NCBI GenBank assembly: GCA_002748415.1
Contig: PDSI01000147.1
Span: 13,852 to 77,851, forward strand
DNA: 64,000 bases
Direction of reading: 5' to 3'
Origin: Micrococcales bacterium
Lineage (GTDB): Bacteria > Actinomycetota > Actinomycetes > Actinomycetales > CAWJMD01
In this document: piece after piece, positions 29,259-44,119 of the stretch
How positions within the stretch are numbered: position 1 is the stretch's first letter
Layout of the letters: each line of letters starts with the position of its first letter
Translations under genes and position numbers: made by a program
Notes under the pieces: model-generated
What the model was told of the DNA's origin: nothing
Database searches by the model: none
What the model saw: the letters and a program-made list of their open reading frames with translations, nothing else

Positions 29259-30569
29259 GTGAGCGACCAGCTCCTCATCCGCGGCGCCGCCCCACTGGGC
29301 GGACCGGCCCAGGACATCCTTCTCGGCGGTGGGCTGATCACCGAGGTCGGCACCGGCCTGTCGGCCGCCGGGGCGCGGGTGATCGACGCCGCCGGGCTGG
29401 TGGCGTTGCCCGGCCTGGTGGACCTGCACACCCACCTGCGCGAACCCGGCCGCGAGGACGCCGAGACCGTCGAGAGCGGTTCGCGGGCAGCGGCTGCCGG
29501 CGGGTTCGTGGCCGTGCACGCGATGGCGAACACCGACCCGGTGGCCGACACCGCGGGGGTGGTGGAGCAGGTGTGGCGGCTGGGCCGGCAGGCCGGCTGG
29601 GTCAACGTCTGCCCGGTGGGCGCCGTCAGCGTGGGGCTGCAGGGAGAACGGCTTGCCGAGCTGGCGGCGATGGCGGCGTCGCGGGCCAGCGTGCGGGTGT
29701 TCAGCGACGACGGCAAATGCGTCGCCGATTCGGTGCTGATGCGCCGGGCGCTGGAATACAGCAAGAGCATCGACGGGGTCATCGCCCAGCACGCGCAGGA
29801 ACCACGGCTGACCGAGGGCGCCCAGATGCACGAGGGCGAGGTCTCCGGTGTGCTCGGGCTGACCGGGTGGCCCGCGGTGGCCGAGGAGTCGATCATCGCC
29901 CGCGACGTGTTGCTGGCCGGGCACGTGGGGGCCAGGCTGCACGTGTGCCACGTGTCCACGGCCGGCTCGGTGGACATCATCCGGTGGGCCAAGTCCCGCG
30001 GCGTCGCAGTGACCGCCGAGGCCACTCCGCACCACCTGGCCTTGACACACGAGGAGGTGCGTGGCTACGACCCGGTGTTCAAGGTGAACCCGCCGCTACG
30101 CACACCGCAGGACACCATGGCCCTGCGCGCCGGGCTCGCCGACGGCACCATCGACGTCGTCGGTACCGACCATGCTCCCCACCCGGTAGAGGTCAAGGAT
30201 TGCGAGTGGTCGGAGGCCGCCGTCGGCATGACCGGGCTGGAGACGGCGCTGTCGGTGGTCCAGGAAACCATGGTGGACTCGGGCCTGATGGGCTGGGACC
30301 GGGTCGCGCAGGTGCTCTCGGCGGCCCCGGCCAGGATCGGGCGGCTGAGCGATCATCCGGGCACCATCGAGGCCGGTGCCCCCGCCCACCTGACCCTGGT
30401 CGACCCCGCCGCCCGCCGCCTCGTCCAGGAGCACGGGCAGCACAGCATGAGCGCCAACAACCCGTTCCGCGGCAGGCACCTGCCGGGCCGGGTCGTGGCC
30501 ACCATCTGGGCCGGGCACCCCACGGTGCTCGACGGCACGCTCACCGAACCCCGCGAGCTGGTCACGTGA
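29259..30569 (+). CDS. pyrC: Dihydroorotase
   Basis: [24 protein letters not shown]. Confidence 0.97.
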   Translation: MSDQLLIRGAAPLGGPAQDILLGGGLITEVGTGLSAAGARVIDAAGLVALPGLVDLHTHLREPGREDAETVESGSRAAAAGGFVAVHAMANTDPVADTAGVVEQVWRLGRQAGWVNVCPVGAVSVGLQGERLAELAAMAASRASVRVFSDDGKCVADSVLMRRALEYSKSIDGVIAQHAQEPRLTEGAQMHEGEVSGVLGLTGWPAVAEESIIARDVLLAGHVGARLHVCHVSTAGSVDIIRWAKSRGVAVTAEATPHHLALTHEEVRGYDPVFKVNPPLRTPQDTMALRAGLADGTIDVVGTDHAPHPVEVKDCEWSEAAVGMTGLETALSVVQETMVDSGLMGWDRVAQVLSAAPARIGRLSDHPGTIEAGAPAHLTLVDPAARRLVQEHGQHSMSANNPFRGRHLPGRVVATIWAGHPTVLDGTLTEPRELVT

Positions 30570-30615
30570 ACCCCGCACAGCCAACCCGCTGCCGCGCAGA
30601 TCAGGAGGCACAGGC

Positions 30616-31843
30616 ATGACGGTAAACCCCCCGGTCATCGACGGGCCGTCCGGGCCGGCGGCCGGACCGGCGTCCGAACTGCCCGCCGTCCTGGTGCTCG
30701 AGGACGGGCGGACGTTCGCCGGGCGGGCCTACGGTGCCCTCGGCCGCACTCTGGGAGAAGCCGTCTTCTGCACCGCCATGACCGGATACCAAGAAACCCT
30801 GACCGACCCGTCCTACCACCGGCAGGTGGTGATCATGACCGCGCCGCACATCGGCAACACCGGATGGAACGACGAGGACGACGAGTCGGGCCGCATCTGG
30901 GCCGCCGGGCTCGTCGTGCGAGAACCGGCCCGGCAGGTCTCCAGCTGGCGCGCCCGGCGCAGCCTGCACGAGGAACTGGCCGCGCAAGGCATCGTCGGCA
31001 TCGCCGGGGTCGACACCAGGGCGCTGACCCGCCACCTGCGCGACAAGGGAGCCATGCGGTGCGGCATCTTCTCCGCTGCCGCGCTGCACACCACCACGAA
31101 CGGCACGCCCGCCCGCCCACTGGCCACCGCGGAATTGCTGGCCGACGTGCTGGCCGCACCGCCGATGGCAGGCGCCGCCCTGGCCCAACAGGTCAGCGCC
31201 GAGCAGCCGTACGTGGTCGAGCCGCACGGCGACCACCGGTTCACGGTGGCCGCGATCGACCTGGGCATCAAGTCGATGACCCCGCACCGGATGGCCGAGC
31301 GGGGCATGCGGGTGCACGTGCTGCCCGCAGCCGCCACGATCGAGCAGATCGAGCAACTGAACCCGGACGGGGTGTTCTTCTCCAACGGGCCCGGCGACCC
31401 GGCCACCATGACCGATGCCGTGGAGTTGCTGCGTCAGCTGCTGCACCGCCGGATCCCGCTCTTCGGTATCTGCTTCGGCAATCAGTTGCTCGGCCGGGCG
31501 CTCGGGCTGGACACCTACAAACTGCCGTTCGGGCACCGGGGCATCAACCAGCCGGTGCTGGACAAGGCCACCGGAAAGGTCGAGATCACCTCGCAGAACC
31601 ACGGTTTCGCCATTCGCTGGCCAGCGCAGCCGGTGCGCACCGCCGGCCCGCAAGACACCGAGTTCGGCCGCGTGCAGGCCAGTCACGTGAGCCTCAACGA
31701 CGACGTGGTGGAGGGACTGACCTGCCTGGACGTGCCCGCCTTCAGCGTCCAATACCACCCGGAGGCAGCAGCCGGCCCGCACGACTCCGCCTACCTGTTC
31801 GACCGGTTCGCCGACCTGATGACCACCCACTCGAAGGACCACC

Positions 31844-31857
<14 letters not shown>
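30616..31857 (+). CDS. carA: Carbamoyl-phosphate synthase small subunit
   Basis: [35 protein letters not shown]. Confidence 0.98.
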
Positions 31858-35154
<3,297 letters not shown>

Positions 35155-35158
<4 letters not shown>

Positions 35159-36369
35159 CCGGCCGGCACACCGCTGGACGAGTGAGCCTGCGCCGGCCCT
35201 CGATATACCCGTGGCTGTTCCGGCACGTGGTCACCAGGGTCGATGCCGAAACGGCGCACCAGGCAACGTTGCGGGCGCTCGTTCTGGACCAGGCAGCCCG
35301 GCAGGCGGCGTGGTCCAAGGCGGGCGCTGGCCTGGCCGGGACGACGCTGAACTCGGCCGCCGGTGTCGCCAGCGCCGGTATCCCGGCCGCCCTGGGTCAG
35401 CAACTGTGGGGCCGCGACTGCGCCAGCCCGCTGGGGCTGGCCGCCGGCTTCGACAAGAACGGCCGGGCGATCGACGCGCTGGCCGGATTCGGCTTCGGTG
35501 CGGTAGAGATCGGAACCGTCACCGGACAGGCTCAGCCCGGCAATCCCCGTCCCCGGCTGTTCCGGCTACCTGCCGAGGGGGGGATCATCAACCGGATGGG
35601 GTTCAACAACGACGGCTCCCGGGCGGTCGCCGACACCCTCGCGCACCGGGCGGCCGCGCTCGGCGCCGCGCCGGCCTGGAACCGCCCGCCATTGCTGGGC
35701 ATCAACATCGGCAAAACGAAATCCGTCGCGCCCCAGGACGCGGCCGAGGACTATGCGTTGTCCGCCCGCCGGCTGGCCAGGTACGCGGACTACCTGGTCG
35801 TCAACGTCAGCTCGCCGAACACCCCAGGGCTACGGGACCTGCAGGCCACCGACCAGCTGCACCCCATCCTGGCGGCGGTGCAGGCCGCAGTCGAGCAATC
35901 CGGTCGCCCGGTTCCGTTGTGCGTCAAGATCTCTCCCGACCTGGCCGACGCCGACATCGAAGCGGTGGCCGACCTGGCCGTCAGGCTCGGCCTGTCCGGG
36001 ATCATCGCCACCAACACCACGGTGCGCCGCGACGGGCTGCGCACCCCGCCCGAGCGGGTCACGGCGATGGGCGACGGCGGGTTGTCCGGCCCAGCCCTGG
36101 CCGAGCGATCCCGGCAGGTGCTGCGCCTGTTGCGCAACGTCACCGGCGACCGGCTGGTCCTCATCAGCGCCGGAGGAGTGCGCACCGCGGCCGACGTCTG
36201 GCACCGAATGTGCTTGGGCGCCAGCCTCGTCCAGGCATACACCGCCGTGATCTACGGTGGGCCGGCGTGGCCGGCCCGGATCAACCGGGACCTCGCCGCC
36301 CGGGTAGCCGCCGAGGGCCTGACCTCGATCCAGGAGATCGTCGGTTCAGCGCACCGGACGGGAGCCTGA
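35155..36369 (+). CDS. pyrD: Quinone-dependent dihydroorotate dehydrogenase
   Basis: [37 protein letters not shown]; start uncertain. Confidence 0.96.
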
Positions 36370-36391
36370 TGAGAACCGGGAGCCCGATGAG
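36359..36391. repeat. Imperfect tandem duplication spanning the pyrD stop codon
   Basis: CGGGAGCCTGATGAG / CGGGAGCCCGATGAG, 18-nt period. Confidence 0.6.
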
Positions 36392-36415
36392 CACACTGAT
36401 CACCGGTCGTCGCAG

Positions 36416-37303
36416 ATGAACCAGTCCGCCGGTCCGAGACCCGCACCGTTCGGCGCCCGGCTGCGTGCAGCCATGGACACCCGCGGGCCGTTGTGTGTGG
36501 GCATCGACCCGCATCCGCACCTGTTGGCCGCCTGGAACCTGCCCGACACGGCCGCCGGCCTGGCCCGGTTCTGCCGGACCGCGGTGGAGGCGCTGGCCGG
36601 GCGGGTGGCGATCGTCAAACCGCAGTCGGCGCTGTTCGAACGGCACGGCAGCGCCGGCATCGCGGTTCTCGAAGAACTGCTGGCCGGGTTGCGTGAGCGC
36701 GCGACACTGAGCCTGCTGGACGCCAAGCGCGGCGACATCGGATCGACGATGGCCGCCTACGCGGACGCCTACACCAGGGCTGATTCGCCACTGCGTGCCG
36801 ACGCCCTGACCGCCTCGCCGTATCTGGGCTTCGAGTCGCTGCGCCCCCTGCTGGACGCGGCCCGGGCCGCGGGCACCGGGGTGTTCGTGCTGGGGCTGAC
36901 CTCCAACCCGGAGGGCGCCGCCGTTCAGCATGCCCGCGACCGTGCCGGGCGGGCGGTGGCCGCGACGATCGCCGATCATGTCCGCGCGGACAACGCGGGG
37001 GACCGGCCACTCGGTTCGGTGGGGCTGGTCGTCGGCGCCACCGTGGGAGCGGCCGCGGCCGACCTGGGCATCGACCTGGCCGCCACGAACGCACCGCTGC
37101 TGTGCCCCGGGATCGGAGCCCAGGGTGGAGACCCGGCCGGGCTCGGTGCGGTGTTCGGCCCGGCCATCGGCAATGTGCTGCCCTCGGCCAGCCGCGAGGT
37201 GCTGGCCGCCGGACCGCACGCCCACCGGCTGGCCCAGGCTGCGGACCGGCTGACCGAGCAGTGCCGGCGCGCCGTCACTCCACCCGCCGATGGCGCTGAG
37301 TGA
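36416..37303 (+). CDS. pyrF: Orotidine-5'-phosphate decarboxylase
   Basis: LCVGIDP, DAKRGDIGST, TSNP, PGIGAQG, SR. Confidence 0.97.
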   Translation: MNQSAGPRPAPFGARLRAAMDTRGPLCVGIDPHPHLLAAWNLPDTAAGLARFCRTAVEALAGRVAIVKPQSALFERHGSAGIAVLEELLAGLRERATLSLLDAKRGDIGSTMAAYADAYTRADSPLRADALTASPYLGFESLRPLLDAARAAGTGVFVLGLTSNPEGAAVQHARDRAGRAVAATIADHVRADNAGDRPLGSVGLVVGATVGAAAADLGIDLAATNAPLLCPGIGAQGGDPAGLGAVFGPAIGNVLPSASREVLAAGPHAHRLAQAADRLTEQCRRAVTPPADGAE

Positions 37304-37506
37304 CAAACACCTATGGATCTGTGAGGCAAACGGCGCTGCGTAACAAGAGGTAACGTACCGTCTCGTTTGCCCGGCGTGTCACGACCCTGCATTGCCAGAA
37401 TGCAACGTAATCGCTACTTTTCCACCTTGACGTTGCCAAGTAAAACGTTGAGCCTGCATGTTGGCGCAGTAGGCTCAGCCACCTCACGATCAGGGGGAGC
37501 ACCCGC

Positions 37507-37821
37507 GTGGCACTGCCGCCCATGACTGCCGAGATGCGAGCTGAGGCCATGGCTGCCGCAGCCCAAGCCCGCCGCGAGCGCGCGGAGGTCCGAAACCGGC
37601 TCAAGTACGGACAAGGCACCTTGGCCGAGGCCATCGACCTCGGCCGAGAACGCGAAACCATCGGCAAGATGAAGGTCAGCGCCCTGCTGGAATCACTGCC
37701 TGGGGTCGGCAAGGTCAAGGCGGCCAGCATCATGGAGGAGATCGGCATCGCGCCCTCGCGCCGGGTGCGCGGGCTGGGCGCCCAGCAGATCCGTGCTTTG
37801 ACCGAGCGCTTCGACCAATAG
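37507..37821 (+). CDS. mihF: Actinobacterial integration host factor (mIHF/sIHF)
   Basis: MALPP..., [26 protein letters not shown]; pyrF-mihF-gmk order. Confidence 0.95.
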   Translation: MALPPMTAEMRAEAMAAAAQARRERAEVRNRLKYGQGTLAEAIDLGRERETIGKMKVSALLESLPGVGKVKAASIMEEIGIAPSRRVRGLGAQQIRALTERFDQ

Positions 37822-37831
37822 CATTCGGGGT

Positions 37832-38437
37832 ATGACGCGCCCTTCCCGGCTCACCGTCCTGGCCGGCCCCACCGCTGTCGGCAAAGGGACTGTCTCGGCG
37901 GACGTCCGGCAGCGATACCCCCAGGTGTGGCTGTCCGTCTCGGCCACCACCAGGCCGCCCCGTCCCGGCGAACGGGACGGGCAGGACTACTGTTTCGTCG
38001 ACGACCCGCAGTTCGACCGGATGATCGAGCGCGGTGAGTTGTTGGAGTGGGCGCAGGTGCACGGCCGGCACCGCTACGGCACGCCCGCCGGCCCGGTCCG
38101 GCAGCGGCTCGCCGCCGGCCAGCCGGTGTTGTTGGAGATCGACCTGGCCGGGGCGCGTCAGGTCAAGGCCCGGCTGCCGGAGGCGATGCTGGTGTTCCTG
38201 GCCCCGCCCTCGTTGCCGGAACTGCTCAGCCGGTTGCGCGGTCGCGGCACGGAGACCGAAGAGGAGCAGCGCCGCCGGCTGCGGACCGCGCAGGTCGAGC
38301 TGGCCGCGGAAGCGGAGTTCGACCACACGGTGGTCAATCACACGGTTCGGCAGGCCAGCGACGATCTTGTATCCTTGATGGGATTGTGCCCGCACGACGG
38401 CGATCAGGCTGCGGCGGCACCGTACCGTCAGATATAG
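37832..38437 (+). CDS. gmk: Guanylate kinase
   Basis: [29 protein letters not shown]. Confidence 0.96.
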   Translation: MTRPSRLTVLAGPTAVGKGTVSADVRQRYPQVWLSVSATTRPPRPGERDGQDYCFVDDPQFDRMIERGELLEWAQVHGRHRYGTPAGPVRQRLAAGQPVLLEIDLAGARQVKARLPEAMLVFLAPPSLPELLSRLRGRGTETEEEQRRRLRTAQVELAAEAEFDHTVVNHTVRQASDDLVSLMGLCPHDGDQAAAAPYRQI

Positions 38438-38494
38438 CCACCGCCCCCTGCACGCGTGCGAGGGAATGACGCGGTTGGGTGGAAGGGACAACGC

Positions 38495-38809
38495 GTGACC
38501 TCGAACAGGGCCATCCCGGAGGGCATCACCAACCCGCCGATCGACGATCTGCTGAAGACGACCGAGTCCAAGTACGCGCTGGTCATCCACGGCGCCAAAC
38601 GAGCCCGGCAGATCAACGCCTACTACGCTCAGCTCGGTGAGGGCCTGCTGGAGTATGTCGGCCCACTGGTGGAGACCCACGTGCAGGAGAAAGCGCTCAG
38701 CATCGCCCTGCGCGAGATCAACGACGGGCTGCTCAGCGTCACCCCGGCGGATGCTGCGCCCAAGGCCACGCTGGCCGAGCTCGACGCCCAGATGGTCACC
38801 CGGGACTGA
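38495..38809 (+). CDS. rpoZ: RNA polymerase omega subunit
   Basis: [35 protein letters not shown]. Confidence 0.96.
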   Translation: MTSNRAIPEGITNPPIDDLLKTTESKYALVIHGAKRARQINAYYAQLGEGLLEYVGPLVETHVQEKALSIALREINDGLLSVTPADAAPKATLAELDAQMVTRD

Positions 38810-38855
38810 CCACTCGACCGGCCCGGGCCAGCCGCCACCGTCTGCGGGACTGCCG

Positions 38856-40103
38856 ATGAACACCCAGCGCCGCGTCGTGCTCGGCGTGGGCGGCGGCATC
38901 GCCGCCTACAAGGCGTGCCTGCTACTGCGGTTGTTCACCGAGGCGGGCCACGACGTGCGGGTGATCCCGACCGACGCGGCGCTGCGCTTCGTGAGCGCCC
39001 CTACCTGGGAGGCACTGTCCGGGCACCCGGCCACCGCGTCGGTGTTCGAGGACGTCCCCGGCGTGGCGCACGTGCGGCTGGGGCGCGACGCCGAGCTGGT
39101 GGTGGTGGCTCCGGCCACCGCCGACCTGCTGGCCAAGGCCGCGCACGGACTGGCCGACGACTTGCTCACCAATACGCTGCTGACCGCCCGCTGCCCGGTG
39201 TTGCTGGCCCCGGCGATGCACACCGAGATGTGGCTGCACCCGGCCACGCAGGCCAACGTCGCCACCCTGCGGGCCCGCGGGTTGCACGTTCCCGACCCGG
39301 CGGACGGCAGGTTGACCGGCGCCGACACCGGCCCCGGCCGGCTGGCCGAACCGCAGCAGATCTACGATGCGGCGCTGGCGCTGCTGGCGGCCCCCCCGGT
39401 GGGCGGGCAACCGGACGGATCGCTGGCCGGGGTGCGCATCGTCGTCACCGCGGGCGGCACCCGCGAGCCGCTGGACCCGGTGCGGTTCCTGGGCAACTCC
39501 TCCTCCGGGCGGCAGGGCTACGCGATCGCGGCCGCGGCCGCCCGCCACGGCGCTCAGGTCACGCTGATCTCGGCGAACGCGTCCCGCCTGCACGGTGGGT
39601 CATTGCCGGACCCGCCCGGTGTCCGGATGCGTCACGTCAGCACCACCGAGCAACTGCGCGAGGCCACCCTGGCCGAGGCGGCCCAGGCGCGGGTCGTCGT
39701 CATGGCCGCCGCCGTTGCCGACTACCGCCCAGCCCAGGTGGCCGAGCACAAGATCAAGAAGACCGGCACCGGGGACCGGATGGTCCTGCAGCTGGAGACC
39801 ACCCCCGACATCCTGCGCGAACTCGCCGGGCCGGCCAGGCTGCCGGGCCAGTTCGTCGTCGGGTTCGCGGCCGAGACCGGCGACGAGCACGCGGGTGTCG
39901 AAGAACACGGCCGGGCCAAACTCGCGCGCAAGGGCTGCGACATGCTGGTGGTCAACGACGTCAGCGCCGGTAAGGTGTTCGGCCGCCCGGACAACGCGGT
40001 CACCATCCTGCACGCGGACGGCACCAGTCGTCAGGTGCCGCAGGCGGCCAAGGAGGACATCGCCGTTGTCATCTGCGCGGAGATCGCGCGGCGGCTGTCC
40101 TAG
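38856..40103 (+). CDS. coaBC: Phosphopantothenoylcysteine decarboxylase/ligase
   Basis: GGGIAAYK, APATAD, TAGGTREPLDPVRF, AAAVADY, GFAAET. Confidence 0.97.
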   Translation: MNTQRRVVLGVGGGIAAYKACLLLRLFTEAGHDVRVIPTDAALRFVSAPTWEALSGHPATASVFEDVPGVAHVRLGRDAELVVVAPATADLLAKAAHGLADDLLTNTLLTARCPVLLAPAMHTEMWLHPATQANVATLRARGLHVPDPADGRLTGADTGPGRLAEPQQIYDAALALLAAPPVGGQPDGSLAGVRIVVTAGGTREPLDPVRFLGNSSSGRQGYAIAAAAARHGAQVTLISANASRLHGGSLPDPPGVRMRHVSTTEQLREATLAEAAQARVVVMAAAVADYRPAQVAEHKIKKTGTGDRMVLQLETTPDILRELAGPARLPGQFVVGFAAETGDEHAGVEEHGRAKLARKGCDMLVVNDVSAGKVFGRPDNAVTILHADGTSRQVPQAAKEDIAVVICAEIARRLS

Positions 40104-40215
40104 GTTCCCCGGTGGTTCGTTGCACCGCCGTCGGTGGGACTCGCTAGGCTGACTCGAGTTCATGTGCACATCACCCGTTCACCCGTCAGCACCCGATCAA
40201 CCACGAGGGAGTTCT

Positions 40216-41418
40216 GTGTCCACCTCAGACCTGCGCCTGTTCACCTCGGAATCCGTCACCGAGGGACACCCGGACAAGATCTGCGACCAGATCAGCGACG
40301 CCATCCTCGACGACATGCTCAGCCAGGATGCCGAGAGCCGGGTCGCGGTCGAGACCATGGTCACCACCGGCCTGGTGCACGTGGCCGGAGAGGTCCGCAC
40401 CAGCGGCTACTCCGATATCCCCGCACTGGTCCGGGAGACCGTCCTGCGCGTCGGGTACGACTCCTCGGTCAAAGGTTTCGACGGCAAGAGTTGCGGTGTG
40501 GAGGTGTCCATCGGCGCGCAGTCCCCGGACATCGCCCAGGGCGTCGAGAAGGCGTACGAGGCCCGGGTCGAGAACGGCGCGGACCCGCTGGACCTGCAGG
40601 GTGCCGGCGACCAGGGCCTCATGTTCGGCTACGCCTGCACCGACACTGCCGAGTTGATGCCGCTGCCCATCTGGCTGGCGCACCGGATGGCGGAGCGGCT
40701 GACGGCGGTGCGAAAGTCGAACGTGCTGCCGTACTTGCGCCCGGACGGCAAGACCCAGGTCACCATCGGCTACGACGGTGCCAAGCCGGTCACCATCGAC
40801 ACCGTGGTGTTGTCCACCCAGCACGCCGGCGACATCAACCTGGACACCATGCTGGCTCCGGACGTGCGCCGGCACGTCATTCAACCGGTGCTGGAATCGG
40901 TTGACCTGGATACCTCGAACACGCGGCTGCTGATCAACCCGACCGGCCGGTTCGAGGTCGGCGGGCCGATGGGCGACGCCGGGGTGACCGGGCGCAAGAT
41001 CATCGTCGACACCTACGGCGGCATGGCCCGGCACGGCGGCGGCGCGTTCTCCGGCAAGGACCCGTCCAAGGTGGACCGCTCGGCCGCCTACGCGACCCGG
41101 TGGGCGGCCAAGAACATCGTCGCCGCGCAGCTGGCCACCCAGGCCGAGGTGCAGGTTGCCTACGCGATCGGCAAGGCTCAGCCGGTCGGCCTGTACGTGG
41201 AGTGCTTCGGCACCGAAACCGTTCCGCTGGAACGCATCTCCGCGGCTGTGCGGGAGGTTTTCGATCTGCGCCCGCAGGCTATCGTGCGTGATTTGGACCT
41301 GCTCAAGCCCAAGTACCAGCAGACCGCCGCGTACGGCCACTTCGGCCGCGAGATCGAAGGCTTCACCTGGGAACGCGTCGACCGGGTCGCCGACCTGCAG
41401 GCAGCGGTGGGCGTGTAG
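40216..41418 (+). CDS. metK: S-adenosylmethionine synthase
   Basis: [34 protein letters not shown]. Confidence 0.99.
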   Translation: MSTSDLRLFTSESVTEGHPDKICDQISDAILDDMLSQDAESRVAVETMVTTGLVHVAGEVRTSGYSDIPALVRETVLRVGYDSSVKGFDGKSCGVEVSIGAQSPDIAQGVEKAYEARVENGADPLDLQGAGDQGLMFGYACTDTAELMPLPIWLAHRMAERLTAVRKSNVLPYLRPDGKTQVTIGYDGAKPVTIDTVVLSTQHAGDINLDTMLAPDVRRHVIQPVLESVDLDTSNTRLLINPTGRFEVGGPMGDAGVTGRKIIVDTYGGMARHGGGAFSGKDPSKVDRSAAYATRWAAKNIVAAQLATQAEVQVAYAIGKAQPVGLYVECFGTETVPLERISAAVREVFDLRPQAIVRDLDLLKPKYQQTAAYGHFGREIEGFTWERVDRVADLQAAVGV

Positions 41419-41442
41419 CCGGGACGCACGATCGCCGACGAG

Positions 41443-43515
41443 GTGCCACCTTCTGGTGATCAGCTGCCGCTGATCCCCGGCCGGGTGGGTCGCGCCGCAC
41501 CGGTGGATCCCGCCGCCGCGCTACCGGTGGCCGTGGTCGCGCTGGCTCATCCGCTGCCGCACTTGGACCAGCCGTTCGACTACCTGGTGCCGGCGAGGCT
41601 CGACGCCGACGTGCAGCCCGGGGTCCGGGTCAAGGTCCCGTTCGCCGGGCGCGACCTGGACGGGTTCGTATTGCGCCGGGTGCCACGCTCGGAACACCCT
41701 GGCACGTTACGGGCGATCCGGCGCACCGTCGGCACCGAACCGGTAGCCACCGCGCAGATCCTCGGCCTGGCCACCGCCGTCGCCCGCGCCCATGCCGGCA
41801 CCACCGCCGACGTGCTGCGGCTGGCGATCCCACCCCGGCACGCTCGAGCCGAGACCCAGGTGCCACCGGCCGGGCCGGCGCCGCCGCTACCGGCGGCGGT
41901 ACCGCTCGGGGAGTGGGCGAACTACCGGGGCGGTCCGGCGTTCCTGGACCGGGTCCGGGCCGGCGAGGCCCCCCGGGCTGTGCTCACCGCGCTGCCGGGT
42001 GCCGCCGGCGGCGGCCCGGACGACCCCACCGGGTGGGCCGCCCTGCTGGCCGCTGCCGCGTTGACCGCGGCCGCGGCCGGCCGCGGCTGCATCATCGCGG
42101 TGCCGGACGGCGGTGACATCGACACCGTGCTGGCCGCCCTGGAACACGAACGTGAACGGCTCGACCCGCAACCCCCACCCGAGTGGATCGTCAGATACAG
42201 CGCCGACCTCGGACCGGCACGGCGCTACCGGGCCTTCCTGGCCGCGCTGCGTGGGCACGCCCGCATCGTCGTCGGCACCCGGGCCGCCAGCTACGCCCCG
42301 GTGCGAGACCTGGGGTTGCTGATCTGCTGGGACGACGCCGACCCGTCCCATCGCGAACCCCGCGCGCCGTACCCGAGCACGCTGCGGGTGCTGCGGCAGC
42401 GGGCCGACCTGGCCGGCGCGGCAGCGCTGGTGGCGGGCCATGGGCGATCCGTGGACGCGGCCCACCTGAGCGGCACCGGCTGGGCCAAGAGCCTGCCCGC
42501 CCGAGGCGAGGTGCTACGGGCCCGCACCGCGCTGGTCCATGTGACCGGCGAGGACTGGCACCTGGAGCGCGACCCGGCCGCGCGGGTGGCCCGCGTCCCC
42601 GGCCTGGCGCTGCGGGCCGCCCGGGACGCCCTGGCCGCCGGCCGGCCGGTGTTGTTCTGCGTGCCCCGGGCCGGGTACCGGCCCGCCTTGTCCTGCGCCC
42701 GCTGCCGCGCCCCGGCCCGCTGCCGGTCCTGCTCGGCCCGGCTCGCCTCCACCCACGCCGACGCGTCGCCGGCCTGCCCCACCTGCGGGCGCACCGAGCA
42801 GCGCTGGCGGTGTGCGCAGTGCGGCCACCACCACACCCGGGCGGCCGCGGTCGGGGTCCGGCGCACCGCGGAGGAAATCGGCGCCGCCCTGCCTGGGCAG
42901 GTGGTGCGCACCAGCTCGGGCGCCGCACCGGTGCGGACCGTCCCGGCCCGGGCGGGAGTCGCCCTGGCCACCCCCGGCGTCGAACCGGCCGTCGCCGGCG
43001 GCTACGGCGCCGTGGTCATCCTGGACACCTGGGTGAGCTTGAACCGCCCCGGACTGGGGGTGGCCCAGGACGCGGTGCACCGTTGGATGCGGGCCATGTC
43101 GCTGGCCGCCCCGGACGGGCGGGTCATCGTGGTGGGCGACCCGTCCGCGGCTCCCGTGCAGGCGCTGGTGCGGCACGACCCGGCCGGATTCGCCGACCGG
43201 GAACTGGCCGAACGGGCCACGCTCGGGCTGCCCCCGGCCGGTGTCCTGGCGGCCGTCACCGGGCGCGGGCCGGCCGTTGCGGGCCTGGCCGAGGCGGTGC
43301 GCTGGCCGGATAGCGCCACGGTCACCCCGATCGACCCGTCCCGGCTCATCGTGACCGGACCCGGCGAGGCCCGCGTCGATATCGCCACCCGGATCCGGCA
43401 AGGCCTGGGCGCCCTGGCCACGGCGAAACGCCCGCTGCCGCGGGTACGGATGGACGCCGACGTCATCGACGAGGACGCAGTTGGCGAGGTGAACGAGCAG
43501 CACCCGCCCCCGTAG
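41443..43515 (+). CDS. priA: Primosomal protein N' (actinobacterial type with degenerate helicase motifs)
   Basis: HLDQPFDY, VKVPF, VVGTR, four CxxC motifs, ELAER...PP; no intact Walker A. Confidence 0.9.
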   Translation: MPPSGDQLPLIPGRVGRAAPVDPAAALPVAVVALAHPLPHLDQPFDYLVPARLDADVQPGVRVKVPFAGRDLDGFVLRRVPRSEHPGTLRAIRRTVGTEPVATAQILGLATAVARAHAGTTADVLRLAIPPRHARAETQVPPAGPAPPLPAAVPLGEWANYRGGPAFLDRVRAGEAPRAVLTALPGAAGGGPDDPTGWAALLAAAALTAAAAGRGCIIAVPDGGDIDTVLAALEHERERLDPQPPPEWIVRYSADLGPARRYRAFLAALRGHARIVVGTRAASYAPVRDLGLLICWDDADPSHREPRAPYPSTLRVLRQRADLAGAAALVAGHGRSVDAAHLSGTGWAKSLPARGEVLRARTALVHVTGEDWHLERDPAARVARVPGLALRAARDALAAGRPVLFCVPRAGYRPALSCARCRAPARCRSCSARLASTHADASPACPTCGRTEQRWRCAQCGHHHTRAAAVGVRRTAEEIGAALPGQVVRTSSGAAPVRTVPARAGVALATPGVEPAVAGGYGAVVILDTWVSLNRPGLGVAQDAVHRWMRAMSLAAPDGRVIVVGDPSAAPVQALVRHDPAGFADRELAERATLGLPPAGVLAAVTGRGPAVAGLAEAVRWPDSATVTPIDPSRLIVTGPGEARVDIATRIRQGLGALATAKRPLPRVRMDADVIDEDAVGEVNEQHPPP

Positions 43516-43524
43516 ACTTCCCGG

Positions 43525-44070
43525 GTGGCGATTCAACCTATCCGGCTGTTCGGCGACCCGGTGCTGCGCACCACGGCGGAACCGGTCACCGACTTCGACA
43601 AACAAATCCGGCAACTGGTCAAAGACCTCGAGGACACGATGATGAACGCGCCGGGCGTCGGCCTGGCCGCCCCCCAGATCGGCGTCTCGCTGCGGGTCTT
43701 CACCTACTACGTCGACGGCGAGCTCGGCCACCTGATCAACCCGCAACTGCAGCTGAGCGAGGAGGTCTTGGAGGACGACGAGGGCTGCCTGTCGTTCCCG
43801 GGACTGACGTTCCCGTGCATTCGCGCCGCCGACGTGGTCGCCCACGGCTTCGACATGTACGGCGAACCCAAGGTCATCCTCGGCAGCGACCTGCTGGCCC
43901 GGGCGATCCAGCACGAGACCGACCACCTGGACGGGGTGCTGTTCATCGACCGGCTGGACCGCACCCAGCGCAAGCTGGCGATGAAAGCGATCCGGGAGGC
44001 GAACTGGACCGGCCAGCCCGCCCCCCAGATCAAGATCAGTCCGCACTCCACGTTCGGACGGGGCATGTGA
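43525..44070 (+). CDS. def: Peptide deformylase
   Basis: [22 protein letters not shown]. Confidence 0.98.
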   Translation: MAIQPIRLFGDPVLRTTAEPVTDFDKQIRQLVKDLEDTMMNAPGVGLAAPQIGVSLRVFTYYVDGELGHLINPQLQLSEEVLEDDEGCLSFPGLTFPCIRAADVVAHGFDMYGEPKVILGSDLLARAIQHETDHLDGVLFIDRLDRTQRKLAMKAIREANWTGQPAPQIKISPHSTFGRGM

Positions 44071-44119
44071 ACGGGAGGGCCACGGTGAACAAGAGGAGAA
44101 GGTTGAACAGGACGGGCAC

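Noticed and set aside
37304-37506. AT-richer pyrF-mihF intergenic region with short inverted repeats as a possible sRNA
   Set aside because: Explained by the mihF promoter region (TTGAGC-N16-TAGGCT); no recognisable RNA family or terminator
41443-43515. PriA lacks Walker A and DExH motifs and might be a pseudogene
   Set aside because: Frame is intact and helicase-degenerate PriA is a known actinobacterial form
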